The notes: generated by a model not told the origin, from the letters alone. DNA of 64,000 bases from Corallochytrium limacisporum Hawaii (GCA_002811645.1 PDIP01000042.1:1-64000), one strand, 5' to 3'; shown: positions 10,401-21,736, counted from the first letter of the stretch. Numbers and translations are program-made.

Positions 10401-10869
10401 GATCCTGTCGCTCTGCCTTCTGCTGATGAGCAGTTGCATTCTGCCAACACGACGCAGCCAATGATCCTTCTTCCTCACAGTCACGTGTGTCGTCAAGCAG
10501 ACTGCGCATGGTCGCAAGACGAGGCAAGACTCCAGGTTTCGACGCTCCGTCGCCTTGGACCAGTCGATGTTTCCGGCTACAGATGTGCTCAAATACGTCC
10601 CTACCATTCTTGCGGGTGAACGCCTTCAATTCTTCAGGGATCGTAAGTTCTCCGTCGCGGTCCCGTCGCAAATCCTCGGGGCGTATCCGCGGCAGTGACG
10701 CCATGGCGCGTCGGGTCTCCGATGCCTGCCGTTCCAGTAGCACCTGCTGAGATGTAAAGTCTTCCGGATTGATTTCGGTCTCCTGTCGCGGAGTTCCATC
10801 CATCGACGCGAACGGATCATCCGGGCTTGCATGTTTCTGCATCGATGAATGTCGCGGCCGCTGAGCCAT
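7462..10869 (-). CDS. Threonine/serine exporter (ThrE/DUF1212; fungal PRM10-like) with a long disordered N-terminus
   Basis: About 680 aa low-complexity N-terminus, then LLKLLTAFLSFGLPVPRV...KLQLVDQIANGL and roughly 10 TM helices with LLPSVG/LVPSG motifs. Confidence 0.8.
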   Translation of the reverse strand: MAQRPRHSSMQKHASPDDPFASMDGTPRQETEINPEDFTSQQVLLERQASETRRAMASLPRIRPEDLRRDRDGELTIPEELKAFTRKNGRDVFEHICSRKHRLVQGDGASKPGVLPRLATMRSLLDDTRDCEEEGSLAASCWQNATAHQQKAERQDPTRSGIANALTAAGGGTASLETVEEGTVMPTATRGSVSVEDFGVGHDSQRASSVSAGHVSVGRDSPHAVTPDATFDVNENEPLLRKTTGSSGLASGGHKASHGHGGSGSGRHHRNTCADLASVHREHRSSAHERQDTGLSFRRLVETVRQNPILGTIAGQNLPMPGPRNVLTQYSQFPPLPPQPDHATTTATGHASVAEPKPWNDGRRSTATGMSSTSGSVTNLGVLGSDQRYSPSRTVQHLQSYNQYGSHQLPRRSKYVDKDQASHLQLTSGRPSSSLMGAGMGVIGLGARVTILGQIDEQPQVSVAGATAAPTKASEQIAQAALHNIVSASTENITEMATIDEADVASDQPTPKHTGSSRRYSPTRETEVHMSPSSLGANVVPRQQPLKPAQTAQAFPSREKETAEALALWALRALRPTEMGNRGDLAGATSPDSVPLSGSGDDHIPRSPLSQLGHDGELRPVLEDLKASDTAYLGTHQLRDRPLHKRRRRVSRTLSEAKGPGETIPPAMTEEEEIVIDPAEVSYLANEVRGAYVRNEFGIDKIDVSDIPTSVIRPEDFLLKLLTAFLSFGLPVPRVGPTMERVAEALGVSMQMAIMSSTVIVSFGLGKDTEMVTLRVRSGFHAEKLQLVDQIANGLVEGDYGDPCNDTLGLFAAMVDLDAVIEKPPRFRKPFIFMMQAVLGFAGCLLFFRGGWEEASYAAGLNLIVAGLEMFCARHRRLNAAYELIAAFATSVVAHLILLLRMDAGLCSSAVIFTPLIWLLPSVGLTWGVIEISSQEILNGMVRLGASLLSAIFLGAGLQLGASLVGNGDMDHEGSCLGVSHYWDFATFPTVAVIIYLLVGAHPRQLLFMSLGGLPAILIPLFWTTAKSSFVVIVVASLAVGVLANLIGTFSLMPAILPSIGGVLLLVPSGLALCGVTATLNGHGSVSGMHFGEDLVTVASAIASGLYLSSVFDYSMLADVVDHINRRNQRYTAGT

Positions 10870-13454
10870 CGCTCAGCAGGATCGCAGGTTCAATTGCCTA
10901 CGAAACTCTCTCTCTCTCTCACTGGAGTTCCTGAGTCACCAAGACAATGAGTGGATTGCCATAACTTACTTCAATGGCGTCAATTCACTGATGTCTCAAA
11001 AGCTTCCCATTACTTCGCTGGCCACTGGCCCTGGTCTATCAGTTTGCTCACGATCGAGTCTGATCACTGGCCGAGTCTCTTTACGCCGGTTGCTTTAGCT
11101 GGGCCACTGCTCCCGTGAAATAGCAACTGTAGCATGTCAACTGCGACCATTAAACCCAAAGATGCCGCCATAGCCAACACACCAAGAAGACGATGATTGA
11201 GACTAGTGAGACTGGCGCACCGTCACACCGCAGGGTACGCAACGGATTTTGCACAATGTCTGGGTCGACGCACCTAACCCTCACAGGTCCCTTTGAAAGT
11301 GGTGACCCTACGGACCAAATCCGAAGGGCTGCGTCCGACCGCCCTCGTTCGGGTTAGCGACCCATTTACAACAAGAGAGCTGCCATCATAATATCCGGAA
11401 TAGGTTCACTACCGACCAACTTTCATCTATCAAAAGCACGTACGGACATCCGGCTATGGTGATAAAGGACTGTTATCGTAAGAAAGGCCTCCCAACCTCT
11501 CCGCCCACACCTTGGATTTCTTGTCTTTGGTGGTCAACAGGGTGAGTGATTTTACACAGTATTGGGTCAAACCCCGTGTAACAACGAATACCCACCACCA
11601 CCAGAAATCAATCGTCTGTTCCTGGGGGAGGGCAGAATAATTAGACCCCCTCCCCTTCTCTTCCTTCACCCCTTAAAAACTGAATAACCTAACATAACTT
11701 TCTTCCATTAATTTGAATTAATGAAGTGGGCAGGGGAAGGAAAGTGAGGAGGGCCCGGTTGTGTCCCAGGGGGGGGGGCCTCCGTTTGACCCGCTCCGTA
11801 CTTTTAGTACCACCGGTACCCCAGGACCAGCAAAATAAGCCCAAGAAAAAAAAAGGAGAAAGAAAGGCAAATAAAAGACAGGCAAAATTGCCCAAGCTCT
11901 AAATTGTTTTTTTCTCTTCGGTAATTTATTTCCCCGGAGGGAAAAAACTCGCCTACACCTTCTTCCCTATTTACTCCCTCCCCCCCCCCCTTCCCGGAGT
12001 CTTTCGTTCCTTTTCGTTACCACAGTTTTCTTCGGATATTTTCTTTCTCTTCATTCTCCTTTTTTTTTTCTTTTTGTCCCGTTCCAACCGTTTCTCACCG
12101 TTCTTGGCATTTAAAAATAGAATAAAGTCATACAAAACCAACCCAACCACCAAGAATGAAAATGGGAAGATCTAAATCACCACGAGAGCGAGGGAGAGGG
12201 AGGGGAAGGGTGAAGGGGGGACCGGAGGCACCCCCCAGGCCCGAATCAACCACTACCACGAACCGGAGGGTTGGGGAGGGGAAGGGGGAGAGGCCATGTG
12301 AGTCTCCTGCCCTGCCCCGTGCGGCGGCCCATTGTTTGGCTTCGAAAGTTGCCCGTCGAAATGGCTTACGCGGTGCGCTTGGCGGTGGTTGGTTTCCTTT
12401 TTTTTTTCAAATTTTGCTCTCGCTAAAGCCGGGGTGCTGGGAGAACTGCGGAGTGGGAATAGACAAGGAAGGGGGGATGGGGTGTGTGTGTGTGTGTTGG
12501 GTTGCCTCGGGCTAAGTTTGCGGTGCATTTAGTAATGCCGATCCGCTTGATTAACAACCCACCCACCCCCCCCCCGGGGGGGGAGGAGGGAGGGGGATCC
12601 ATGCCCTGACCGTATGCTGTCACTGTGTCTGTACTGTCTGTGTGCCGTGCAGTGTGGGTGTGTTGCCGATAAAAATAAGTCATAAAAGCCGGTCACGCGT
12701 TCGCGACCGTCATACGTGTCCACCTTTGGGCTTCAGCTGGTGTTGGCTTCGTCGCTTTTGTTTCTTTGGATTGGTCGCTCTGTGACAGCGCGACACATGG
12801 ACACAAGCAGAGGGTTGGTATCACCGTCATCCTTCGCATATTACGCGGCCGCACACTTTGCGGAATCTGCCATACAAGAATCTTCGTAGATATCTTTTAC
12901 TGGAATGCCGCCGCCACCCCCGTGTGAGAAGAGTGTGTGCGTAGGCAGGGTCTCGATCAAGCACTTACCTGTCGTACACAAAACAAGCCAGCAAAAGATA
13001 TGACGCGGAATCGTCGACTCCGGCTCTCCAGCAGCGAGGGTTTGGTGGTATCCGTTAGGTCCTGCTCGCGGCTGGGGCCATGGGGGTCGCTCATTGGTAT
13101 GCGTGACCTTGGCCTGTAGCCCCGTCCCCCCACTTCTGGTGACGTTCTGCAATGAGTTTTGCTTGTAAACTGTTGCATACAGGGCGCAGGCGTTCTCTTT
13201 ATCCTCTGTGGTCGCCACTTTAACTATTCGTAAGGTACTTCTGGCCGGTACGAATCAACCGTAAACAGGAAGTACAGCAACACAGCTCTGTTCGGGCACA
13301 AAAGAAAAAGGTTGCAGCCACCGAGACTCTCACGGATCTCAGGAATCAACAAGCGACCCCTGGGACTGTGAAAGTAGACCGTGCAACCAAAGCGTCACCC
13401 TACAATCAAGGAAAGAAAGAGTCCTAAATATTCAGAGCAGAATTGCAAACCAAA

Positions 13455-14348
13455 ATGTGCACTAACGCGGACGAACATCTGCCATTCCACCACCTTCTGC
13501 CCCCAAACTGGCAGGCTAAGGTCCAGGAATGGTTAGACGAGGACATCCCTTCCTTTGACTACGGCGGATTCGTGGTCGGAGAGACCGAGAACACCGCAAC
13601 GCTCTTCATGAAGGCCACTGGTGTGGTTGCAGGCCGGCCGTTCTTCGATGAGATCTTTCGCCGGTTGGACTGCCAGACAGAATGGTTCGTTGAAGAAGGT
13701 TCCTACCACAAGGCCTCCGACGCACGTCGTGTCAAAGCTGCAGTGGTCCGTGGACCGGCACGGTGCATTCTTTTGGGCGAGCGAACAGCACTGAATCTAT
13801 TTGCGCGCTGCTCCGGAATCGCCACACGCGCCCGAGCCTTGGTCGAGCTCAAGAAGGACGCGGGATGGCATGGTGCGGTGGCGGGCACACGGAAGACGAC
13901 GCCAGGTTTTCGTATCGTTGAAAAATACGCCATGCTTGTCGGTGGGGCAGACACACACCGCATGGACCTGTCAAGCATGGTCATGCTCAAGGATAATCAC
14001 ATTTGGAGCCAGGGCAGTATCACACATGCGGTGAAGAAGGCTCGTAGGGTGTGCGGCTTCGCGCTGAAGATTGAGGTCGAGGCACGAAACTATGAGGAGG
14101 CGATAGAGGCGTGTGCTGCAGGTGCGGATGTGGTTATGCTGGACAATTTCCCGCCCCTGGGTGCCAAGGAGTGCGCGGCACGGGTGAAAGAGCAGTACCC
14201 GCACGTCATGCTCGAAGTTAGCGGTGGCATCACGGAGGAGACTTTGGTACAGTATATTAGCAAAGACATTGACGTAGTCAGTCTGGGATCCCTGAGCCAG
14301 GGCGTGAGTTTCATTGATTTCAGTCTAAAGATCAACCGGGAGCTTTGA
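13455..14348 (+). CDS. QPRT: Nicotinate-nucleotide pyrophosphorylase (quinolinate phosphoribosyltransferase)
   Basis: WLDEDIPSFDYGG, GERTALN, AGTRKTTPGFR, HRMDLSSMVMLKDNH, KIEVE, DVVMLDNF, EVSGGIT. Confidence 0.97.
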   Translation: MCTNADEHLPFHHLLPPNWQAKVQEWLDEDIPSFDYGGFVVGETENTATLFMKATGVVAGRPFFDEIFRRLDCQTEWFVEEGSYHKASDARRVKAAVVRGPARCILLGERTALNLFARCSGIATRARALVELKKDAGWHGAVAGTRKTTPGFRIVEKYAMLVGGADTHRMDLSSMVMLKDNHIWSQGSITHAVKKARRVCGFALKIEVEARNYEEAIEACAAGADVVMLDNFPPLGAKECAARVKEQYPHVMLEVSGGITEETLVQYISKDIDVVSLGSLSQGVSFIDFSLKINREL

Positions 14349-14633
14349 TTGACTAAGAGGGACTTTGCAAAGAGTTCGGCACGGTGTCGACCGCGCAAAG
14401 GATGATCAAGAGTCCTTGACACGGGCAACACTACTTTCACAAACCAATACATAAAGCAAATTTACACACATAGTTTCGAAGGAGTGTAATGTAGAGGGAG
14501 AAACGGGCATGGGCATGACAAACAACCAAAGTACTCACCATGACTGTTAGTGATGGTGATGCCGTCCATTGAAGAGGTCTTGATTGGATTACCAGGAGTG
14601 TCGGATCTCTCTTGGCTGAGATTATTGTCGAGT

Positions 14634-17600
14634 TCAGCGCAAGCGATAATCGTCGGGCGGTAGCAGCGCACTCTGGGGTGGCTGAGCGCGCATCCGTGGA
14701 CTGTCCGAATAGAGCCTCTCAGCAAAGAGCAGATATGGTTCTGAACCGTCGAGAACGCTGTCGGTACCTCGATCGTTGCCACATGGACTGACGGTGCTGT
14801 CGCTGAAGACGTACCATTGGCCCGAAATCTGGTCACGGCATTTGGCAATGTAATGCCCAGAATACAGACCCCCAATGTGGCAGCAAGCAGCGTAGATGCG
14901 GTAGAGGGGCGCGTCCATGTCGTTTTCCGAATGCTCGCCCGTGGCCGTGGCACTGGAAAATGGCGTAAGATCGAGAATGCCACCGCGAGGTATTTTGATT
15001 TCGGTAGAAAGCTTAGAGCGGCTGAACCCGCGTTGGGTGAAGCGTTTCAGGTGGATTACCAGAATTCGTGGGAAGCTCCATAGCGCGAACTGCTTGGTGG
15101 AGGTGTGGCGTTCCTTGCACTTGTCGCACCGAGGCTTCTCATCACCGGTCAGGGTCTCCTGCTCAAGAAACTTGGCAAAGCAGTCCTCCAGGCGGACCCT
15201 GCCATGTGCTGCGGGAATGGGCAGGGATAGATGCCAGTATGGATCGAACATAATGCTCATATGACCACAACCACCGCACTTCAGTCGATTCTGCAGCTGT
15301 CCCACGAACACGTCCATGATACGACTGCAGTGTCTCCTCATGTAAAGACCCATCAGATGGTTTGCTATTTTCTGGGCGTTCCAGTCCGGGGGAAAATCGT
15401 AGTCTTCACTTCTGATTGGCGGGTGACGATCCGGTTCAGCCAGATTGAGCTCCTCGTGTAGACCGTCCAAAAGGAACGTGCAAAACTCCTGAGCGTCGTG
15501 CTGCTGGTAGCCACGGAACTGCGGTGCCCAGGCCTCAACCTGACGCTTGAAGTGAGACGGCGTCGTGGCCCCACCGAGGCTGTTGCCGCGCATGTCCCGA
15601 AGGAGATTGCTGAAGGCCTGGATCAGACGACCCTGCATCCGGCTATTGACATTGCAGTCCTGCGCGAAGGCGTCGGACAGGAAGTATCCAACAAGGGGAA
15701 CTGTATGACTGAGGCATTGTAGTGCAGAGTTCATAAAGCAAGTGTTGCCAAGATTGTTGAGACCGCACTTGGAGGGCACAAAATGCTGCGAACGCGGAGT
15801 GATTAGTGGGCTGGCATCAAACTGAGAGTTGGGGCTGCTGGAGCCGCGCATGGTAGCGGCACCGCCCAGCTTCAGATTCGTACCAGTTGCCGACTTGCCA
15901 GTCGTTGGAATGTCAACGGCACGCGTCGGAGATGACGCGATGGCCACAGCCAAACCACCAACGGCGGATCCCTTGAGGGGGGCAATATGGTAGTTCGCTG
16001 AGGGGTCAGTGTTCGTGTCATAATCATCGTCCGAATATTCAATGTCACTGTCCGTGCTGTCCAGGATCGAAGAAGTGCTCAACAGTGGATTGCCATCATC
16101 GCGCAGCGGATCGCTGTCCTCAGTCATCATCTCCATGAGTTTGGAATTGATGTAGTCACTATAGCCACCGAGTGTGCCAGATCGGGAGGCCGTGTGCTTG
16201 CCCGAGGAAGCCCGCGCCGGCTCCGCCTTAGGTGCGGTCGGTATCGATCCCGTAAAGTGCGCAGCATAAAGCGCATCTTCCAATTCGTCTGAGGCCTGGC
16301 GACGCTGTCGGTCACCCTCGTGAGTTGCGATACGCTCCGGCGTTCGTGATGCGGCCGCTGCTTCGTGCTCGGGACTGGGTTTCATGGCCTGGTCTATAGT
16401 GGGGCGATTTTTTGCACTGGTCATCGTGGGTACCTTGGTCGTCGTTGTGGAAAACGTTCGACGGGAAGAATTGGTACCATTGCCTTTGTCGATCTGACGC
16501 GCCGATGATTTCCGTGAACCCGTAGTCACAGTCTTTGTATCATTGGCTAACGCTCTGGTCGCACCCGGTTTCGAAGCCGGCGTCTCCACCGTTCCTCGCA
16601 CTGAATTCACACCAGCATTTGTTGCAGACGGTTTACTGCCACTCTCGTGAACCACCTGAAGATCAATGATCTCTTTCCTGCAGGTGGCCGCCCGCGGTGG
16701 ACTCATGACAGTCAGGGGCGTGGCCGGCCCCAAGTCACTGCTTGTCGCTGACGATGTTCCCTTACTGAACCGCCCAGAGCCGTTCTCCAGTTTACATTCG
16801 GTCAACGGCACCGTTGTCGCCCCTGCTACGGCTGATGCTGCTACTGAACTGACAGCTGTTGTCATCGGTGGCGATTGATGAACAGCTGTGGCCTGTTCAC
16901 GCTGTTGTCGACGCCTATCCCTCTCCTCTCCGTGCTGCTTTAAAATGCGCTCGGCTTCGGCCCTTTGTTTGCGCAGGGCCTTGAGGTCTTTGTCCTGTGA
17001 CGAGTACAGTAAATTCTTGCTGTTCGACTTCCCCATTTCAACATTGTGTTTCACATTATCATCTGCGCTGGGCCGTCCCACACTGCTCTGTCGTTGATCC
17101 GGCAAGTTCTGAAAGCGTGACCCGCTGAGACGCCGGGTGGTTGACTTGAGAAGCCCGTGGTCTGTACTGTTGATCGGGTGCTCTGTACTCGTGCTATGCG
17201 CTCTGCTTGATGATGAGGCCGCTGATTCTAGGGGCTGATTTTGGTCTAAGCCGGGGGAAACCGAGTACTTTTTGGAGGACAGTGGCAAGGCTAAAGACGT
17301 CGATTCTGGTGATGGCCCGGTGCCGTTCCTGCTGCTGCCATAGCTGCTACTACCGAAATGGCGTACCGTGCAATTTGTGGCTGTCCGGCTCTCTACACTA
17401 CGGGGCGAGTCCATGCGGATTGGAGAGACTCTGGAAGTATTGCTGCTTCTCCTCACCATATTGGTGGTTACTGTTCCTGTCTGTGCTGACGATGTATACG
17501 ACTGACTTCTCTTGGATCCCGTTGAAGGCGAACTGGTCTTTACCTTGCCATAAACACTGTTGCTGTTCATATTTGTTGACGACAAGTGTACGGGATCAGT

Positions 17601-17768
17601 TCGAGTATAGGTCGAGGTGCCAACACCTCTGGACACAGTCGGTGTGCGTCCATACTTGTACGCTGGGTACACATTTTTACTACTGGCTCTGCTGAGCGCA
17701 GACTCGTTGCTCGTTGTTTCCGCTCTCATTCCGCTAGTGGTAGTGCGTGTCGTCCAACGCGAACTCAT
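14634..17768 (-). CDS. Ubiquitin-specific protease (peptidase C19, USP2/21/8-like) with an S/T-rich disordered N-terminus
   Basis: Cys box GLNNLGNTCFMNSALQCL, QQHDAQEF, zinc ribbon CGGC...CDKC, LVIHLKRF, His box HIGGLYSGHYIA, WYVFSD. Confidence 0.95.
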   Translation of the reverse strand: MSSRWTTRTTTSGMRAETTSNESALSRASSKNVYPAYKYGRTPTVSRGVGTSTYTRTDPVHLSSTNMNSNSVYGKVKTSSPSTGSKRSQSYTSSAQTGTVTTNMVRRSSNTSRVSPIRMDSPRSVESRTATNCTVRHFGSSSYGSSRNGTGPSPESTSLALPLSSKKYSVSPGLDQNQPLESAASSSSRAHSTSTEHPINSTDHGLLKSTTRRLSGSRFQNLPDQRQSSVGRPSADDNVKHNVEMGKSNSKNLLYSSQDKDLKALRKQRAEAERILKQHGEERDRRRQQREQATAVHQSPPMTTAVSSVAASAVAGATTVPLTECKLENGSGRFSKGTSSATSSDLGPATPLTVMSPPRAATCRKEIIDLQVVHESGSKPSATNAGVNSVRGTVETPASKPGATRALANDTKTVTTGSRKSSARQIDKGNGTNSSRRTFSTTTTKVPTMTSAKNRPTIDQAMKPSPEHEAAAASRTPERIATHEGDRQRRQASDELEDALYAAHFTGSIPTAPKAEPARASSGKHTASRSGTLGGYSDYINSKLMEMMTEDSDPLRDDGNPLLSTSSILDSTDSDIEYSDDDYDTNTDPSANYHIAPLKGSAVGGLAVAIASSPTRAVDIPTTGKSATGTNLKLGGAATMRGSSSPNSQFDASPLITPRSQHFVPSKCGLNNLGNTCFMNSALQCLSHTVPLVGYFLSDAFAQDCNVNSRMQGRLIQAFSNLLRDMRGNSLGGATTPSHFKRQVEAWAPQFRGYQQHDAQEFCTFLLDGLHEELNLAEPDRHPPIRSEDYDFPPDWNAQKIANHLMGLYMRRHCSRIMDVFVGQLQNRLKCGGCGHMSIMFDPYWHLSLPIPAAHGRVRLEDCFAKFLEQETLTGDEKPRCDKCKERHTSTKQFALWSFPRILVIHLKRFTQRGFSRSKLSTEIKIPRGGILDLTPFSSATATGEHSENDMDAPLYRIYAACCHIGGLYSGHYIAKCRDQISGQWYVFSDSTVSPCGNDRGTDSVLDGSEPYLLFAERLYSDSPRMRAQPPQSALLPPDDYRLR

Positions 17769-18711
17769 CTTAAGATGGACGGTGTCGGCAGTCCATGGTC
17801 AGGCGTGTTTATACACGGGCTGTATTTGTCTTCTTGCGGATAGTTCGCTTTCTCAGTCAACACAAGATGCCATGGAGCTTGAACAATAGATTGTATTCTT
17901 CTTTACACACCGAAATTTTCAACCCCAATCTACAAAATTCCGAGAGGAGATATGTCTCTTGCACGGCACCTATGTAATCCACCGTCCCGGGAGCCTAAAT
18001 ATCTGAGCATTGCATACATTATCCAGGACAATTGTTTTCTGTCCACAGACACCAAGATCCAGGCAGACAGCACCCATGAAAACAAACTTCTGAAAGGTTT
18101 TGAAATGCTGACGATCTACCAGACATTCTGTGGCAAAAGGAATTTGCAAACCTGGGCAAAACTTAAAACTGCTCGCAGGAACCGGCGGAATCTGTCTCGC
18201 TCTCTCTGGAGGAGACCCGCAGTCGCACTCCTCTCTGGCTTGGGTAGGCCATTCCCGCTCGCAACTGGCGGTCTCGCTCCCCGCGGCCCGTCCCTCCCTG
18301 CTCCTCCCATTCATTCCAATGCCCACAGAAAGCTCATTTCCCTCCGGACATTAAAAATAGACTCCCGATTACAATCAAAGTTTCTTCCTGTGGGTTGCTG
18401 TGGCAGGGGAGGGTGGGGGCAGTGTTGGGAAGATCGGGCGGGAGGGAGCCGCATCTGAGGTGATGGGGCGCGCGTTCCGTGCGTGGCTTTTTCCGGAAGC
18501 AAACCAGTGTTTTGCGGGTTTTCCTCTGCGAACTCTGCTCCCACCACATTTTCGGACAGCATCGAACTGCCGTAAAAGGGTATGTTGAGGAGTCCATTGC
18601 TTCTTTATATCATTCACACACTGAATCGAACTGTGTTGATTCTGGACTCGTGCGCAGCAATGGTGACATAGCAGGAACGATTCACTGTAGGATCCTAAAG
18701 AAACAAAGAAT

Positions 18712-19173
18712 ATGGCGGCTCCAAAGCCTACTAGTTTGTCCAAGCGCCTTATAGAGGACTTGACCAACTCAGTGGAGCAACAGAGAGGAACCAGTGGTAT
18801 TGTTGATGAGGAATCCCGGCTGTTCCAAACCGATGTGTTGGAGAGCTACCGCCCGGGAAAAACAGCAATGGATGATGACGACTTTGCCGTTCTCATACGC
18901 AGACTGGCCGACTGCAGCGGGCCACAGAGTCGAGCAGAAGTCCTTGCCACTTTATTAGAGAATAGCACCATTTCATGCAGCCAATTGATAGAGATCTTGA
19001 ACCACCTGAAATTTCCAGCGGAGCGCGAGCGGATCGCTAGCTTTGCCGGGATGTCGCTGAGCGATGTGGACGAGAACTACGACTCTATGGTGCTTGCGCT
19101 GCGCGTTTATCCTAAACATCACCGTCTAAAGATTTTGAGGCTAATGTGCAGCGAAAGTAGTGTCGGTACCTAG
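18712..19173 (+). CDS. DUF4476-like small helical protein
   Basis: AMDDDDFAVLIRRL...ISCSQLIEILNHLKF...SDVDENYDSMV resembles the DUF4476 pattern M...F..L....SC.Q...L..F....D.ENY. Confidence 0.65.
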   Translation: MAAPKPTSLSKRLIEDLTNSVEQQRGTSGIVDEESRLFQTDVLESYRPGKTAMDDDDFAVLIRRLADCSGPQSRAEVLATLLENSTISCSQLIEILNHLKFPAERERIASFAGMSLSDVDENYDSMVLALRVYPKHHRLKILRLMCSESSVGT

Positions 19174-21572
19174 CCCACACCGAGCAAAGCAAACCGAGAA
19201 CTATTTGTTATCCCATGTCAATTCATTTAATTGTTCCCCACTGCGTCCGAACCTTTAAAGAAATATATAAACTGATACCCTAACAATGAGTGTTGAAATT
19301 TATTAACAAGGATACGTTGGCCAGTCCGGACCGACTGGTCACCCCCAGGGGTTGGAGGGGGGCCCTTTCCTAAATTGCCGATCTTTGGAAAGGTTCCTCT
19401 AGCCCCAGACAGCCTATTCCAAAAGATCTGCTCACTCATCTGGGCGTCCACTCAACGACATCATTCTTCTTCTTCTTTCACCTCGATGCTACACATGTTT
19501 ATGATGCTATGGTTGGAATGGTATCCTTCGCAGTAAGTTGTTTAGCTTCGCTTGGGCAATTCCTGTTCGTGGAGGCTCTACAACAACTATTGCCAGCATC
19601 GCGCCAGGAGAGCTGAACCCCGGCAATCTCCATCATCGTCCGAACATGTAACATACCTTACCACTGGCAACAAGGAATTCCTTTCCACTATACATGCTCC
19701 CGGCCTGCCAGAGGTAATACTTGAACCATCAATACATACGTGCTGGTGCAAGAAACACCAGGTCCTAGTACGCGATGCCCGATTTGAGCTCATTTCATCA
19801 GCCGATAGTCCACACAGGTGACACGTACCGGGACAAAAAACAAAAGCATGGACATTAATATGCGCTCACGAGAACGATCAAGCTGGTGGTGGTGGGTACG
19901 GTTTTTTGCGTTGAGATTACGATGTCCAAAGCATCCGCGTCCATGTGGGGTTTCTCTCCTCCGCGAGACCCCGTGGCCGCACTAGTGCATAAGGAAGCCA
20001 TTTCATTTTCACCACACGGCACCAAGGCTTCCGTCCAGTCTTGGATGCCCCAATACTATTCGCCCTTTAACACCGCCCGTGTACAGTTTTTTGCTACCCC
20101 AAGGACATAAATCGCCATACATAATATATTGAAATTAGCTTCTTGAGCACCGGCACCAGTACAAAACACGATAGACTTCGAAAGCAGAGCCATAATTGGC
20201 AGGGTAGTGGGGTGCCCGGGGCGTGCTCGACGCGTTTGCTTTGCGATGCAAGCCGTTAAGCATCGTTGACAGCCATACCTACATCCATTATGCTTGCGTA
20301 CGCCCTGCATGGGGTGTGCTGTTTGTGGCTCTCATGTTTATTTGCGTTCTCCCTTTGAAGGAAACGGGGTGGTCAGTTGTATGGCGCGTGGAAGAGGGGG
20401 GTCCTTTCAGCATCCCAGATATAGACACCGTCACCACAACTATAGATGAACCATAGATGTTGGAAACTATGCCCCTAGATGTAGTACACCCACCATAGGA
20501 CAGGATAACTTGTCCTCGATCGTTCCCAGACGGACGTCTACGTTCCTTGACATTCTGTCCGTCTGTGCGACACCAGAGTCGGTGTCCTTTTTGGTACTTT
20601 GATTATGGCCAGAAGGAAAGGCCAAGGTGAAGAAAATGCCAAAGAACTCTCATTTCCTTCTTTTCTATTGGCCCCCTTCCCCCCCCTCCCCTGCCCCTCC
20701 AGGGCTCATCGAAATTCCAGTACTTTCAGTACAAACGGTCACCCGGTGTCCATTTAGGGTCATTGCAACGAAAATTTGGGACGGCATGGATATATTGTCT
20801 GTGCGCATTGGCGAAAATTCCACGAAAACGGACCGAAAGAAACGTTCGGTACTGCAATGCACAGCAACGGAACACCCTGGCCCGGGGGCAACGTTTGGAG
20901 AATTGCGCCCGGCTGTTCAAAGAGACAATGCCGACCGCTAACCCTCTGCTTACCCGGAGGCCTGGTTGGTGCGGGGCATCGCAGTGTGAACAGCGCAAAT
21001 GGTCAGCGGCCAGACAGCACCGACCAATCTGGATGTGCTTCGCCACTGATGGGTTATACGGTCGGTTTCGCTCCCCTTTCTGCACACCGTTTACATATGG
21101 TGTTTATATGCTTCTATGTTTGCCGCACAATAAATATTTTCCGCTGAATGCCCATTATAGTTACCCTAACGGACGGCTCCCAATAGAATATGCATACTCC
21201 AACAGTATACTCGATATACTCAATTCGTTGTCCACTTATAGACAAAAACTTTCATCATCACTGATTCTTCACCCTGCTTATTGAGCAGAGGAAAACAGAC
21301 TAGCTCCGATGGGCAGGGCCCAGATCAGTCTCTCCCACTCTTCCCTCGCCCCTTTTTGTTTCTGGCTTTAAACACACCCGAAAGTTCAGCTCTCGCCACG
21401 ACGAAAGTTCCCTGCGCTGGCGCCTGCCAACCCCCCCCCCAAACCAGAGAAATGAGAAAAGTGATAAGGGAGGTGGGTATAATTACTGGGCCGATTGGGA
21501 AAGGTTTGGCCTGCCCCTCCCCAACCCTCTACTCTCGTCCTCCCCCCCCCCCCAACCCCCCCCCCCTTCCCC

Positions 21573-21736
21573 NNNNNNNNNNNNNNNNNNNNNNNNNNNN
21601 NNNNNNNNNNNNNNNNNNNNNNNNNNNNNNNNNNNNNNNNNNNNNNNNNNNNNNNNNNNNNNNNNNNNNNNNNNNNNNNNNNNNNNNNNNNNNNNNNNNN
21701 NNNNNNNNNNNNNNNNNNNNNNNNNNNNNNNNNNNN
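21573..21736. other. Assembly gap; further gaps at 26478-26729, 32386-32438, 33747-34222, 38509-38542 and 57364-57418
   Basis: Runs of N, mostly flanked by poly-G/poly-C tracts. Confidence 0.99.

Noticed and set aside
11272-11286. Telomerase RNA template or interstitial telomere (CCTAACCCTCAC)
   Set aside because: Imperfect 1.5 repeat with no supporting structure.
12963-12971. U1 snRNA 5' end (ACTTACCTG)
   Set aside because: No U1-70K loop, U1A loop or Sm site follows; better read as a minus-strand splice donor or chance.
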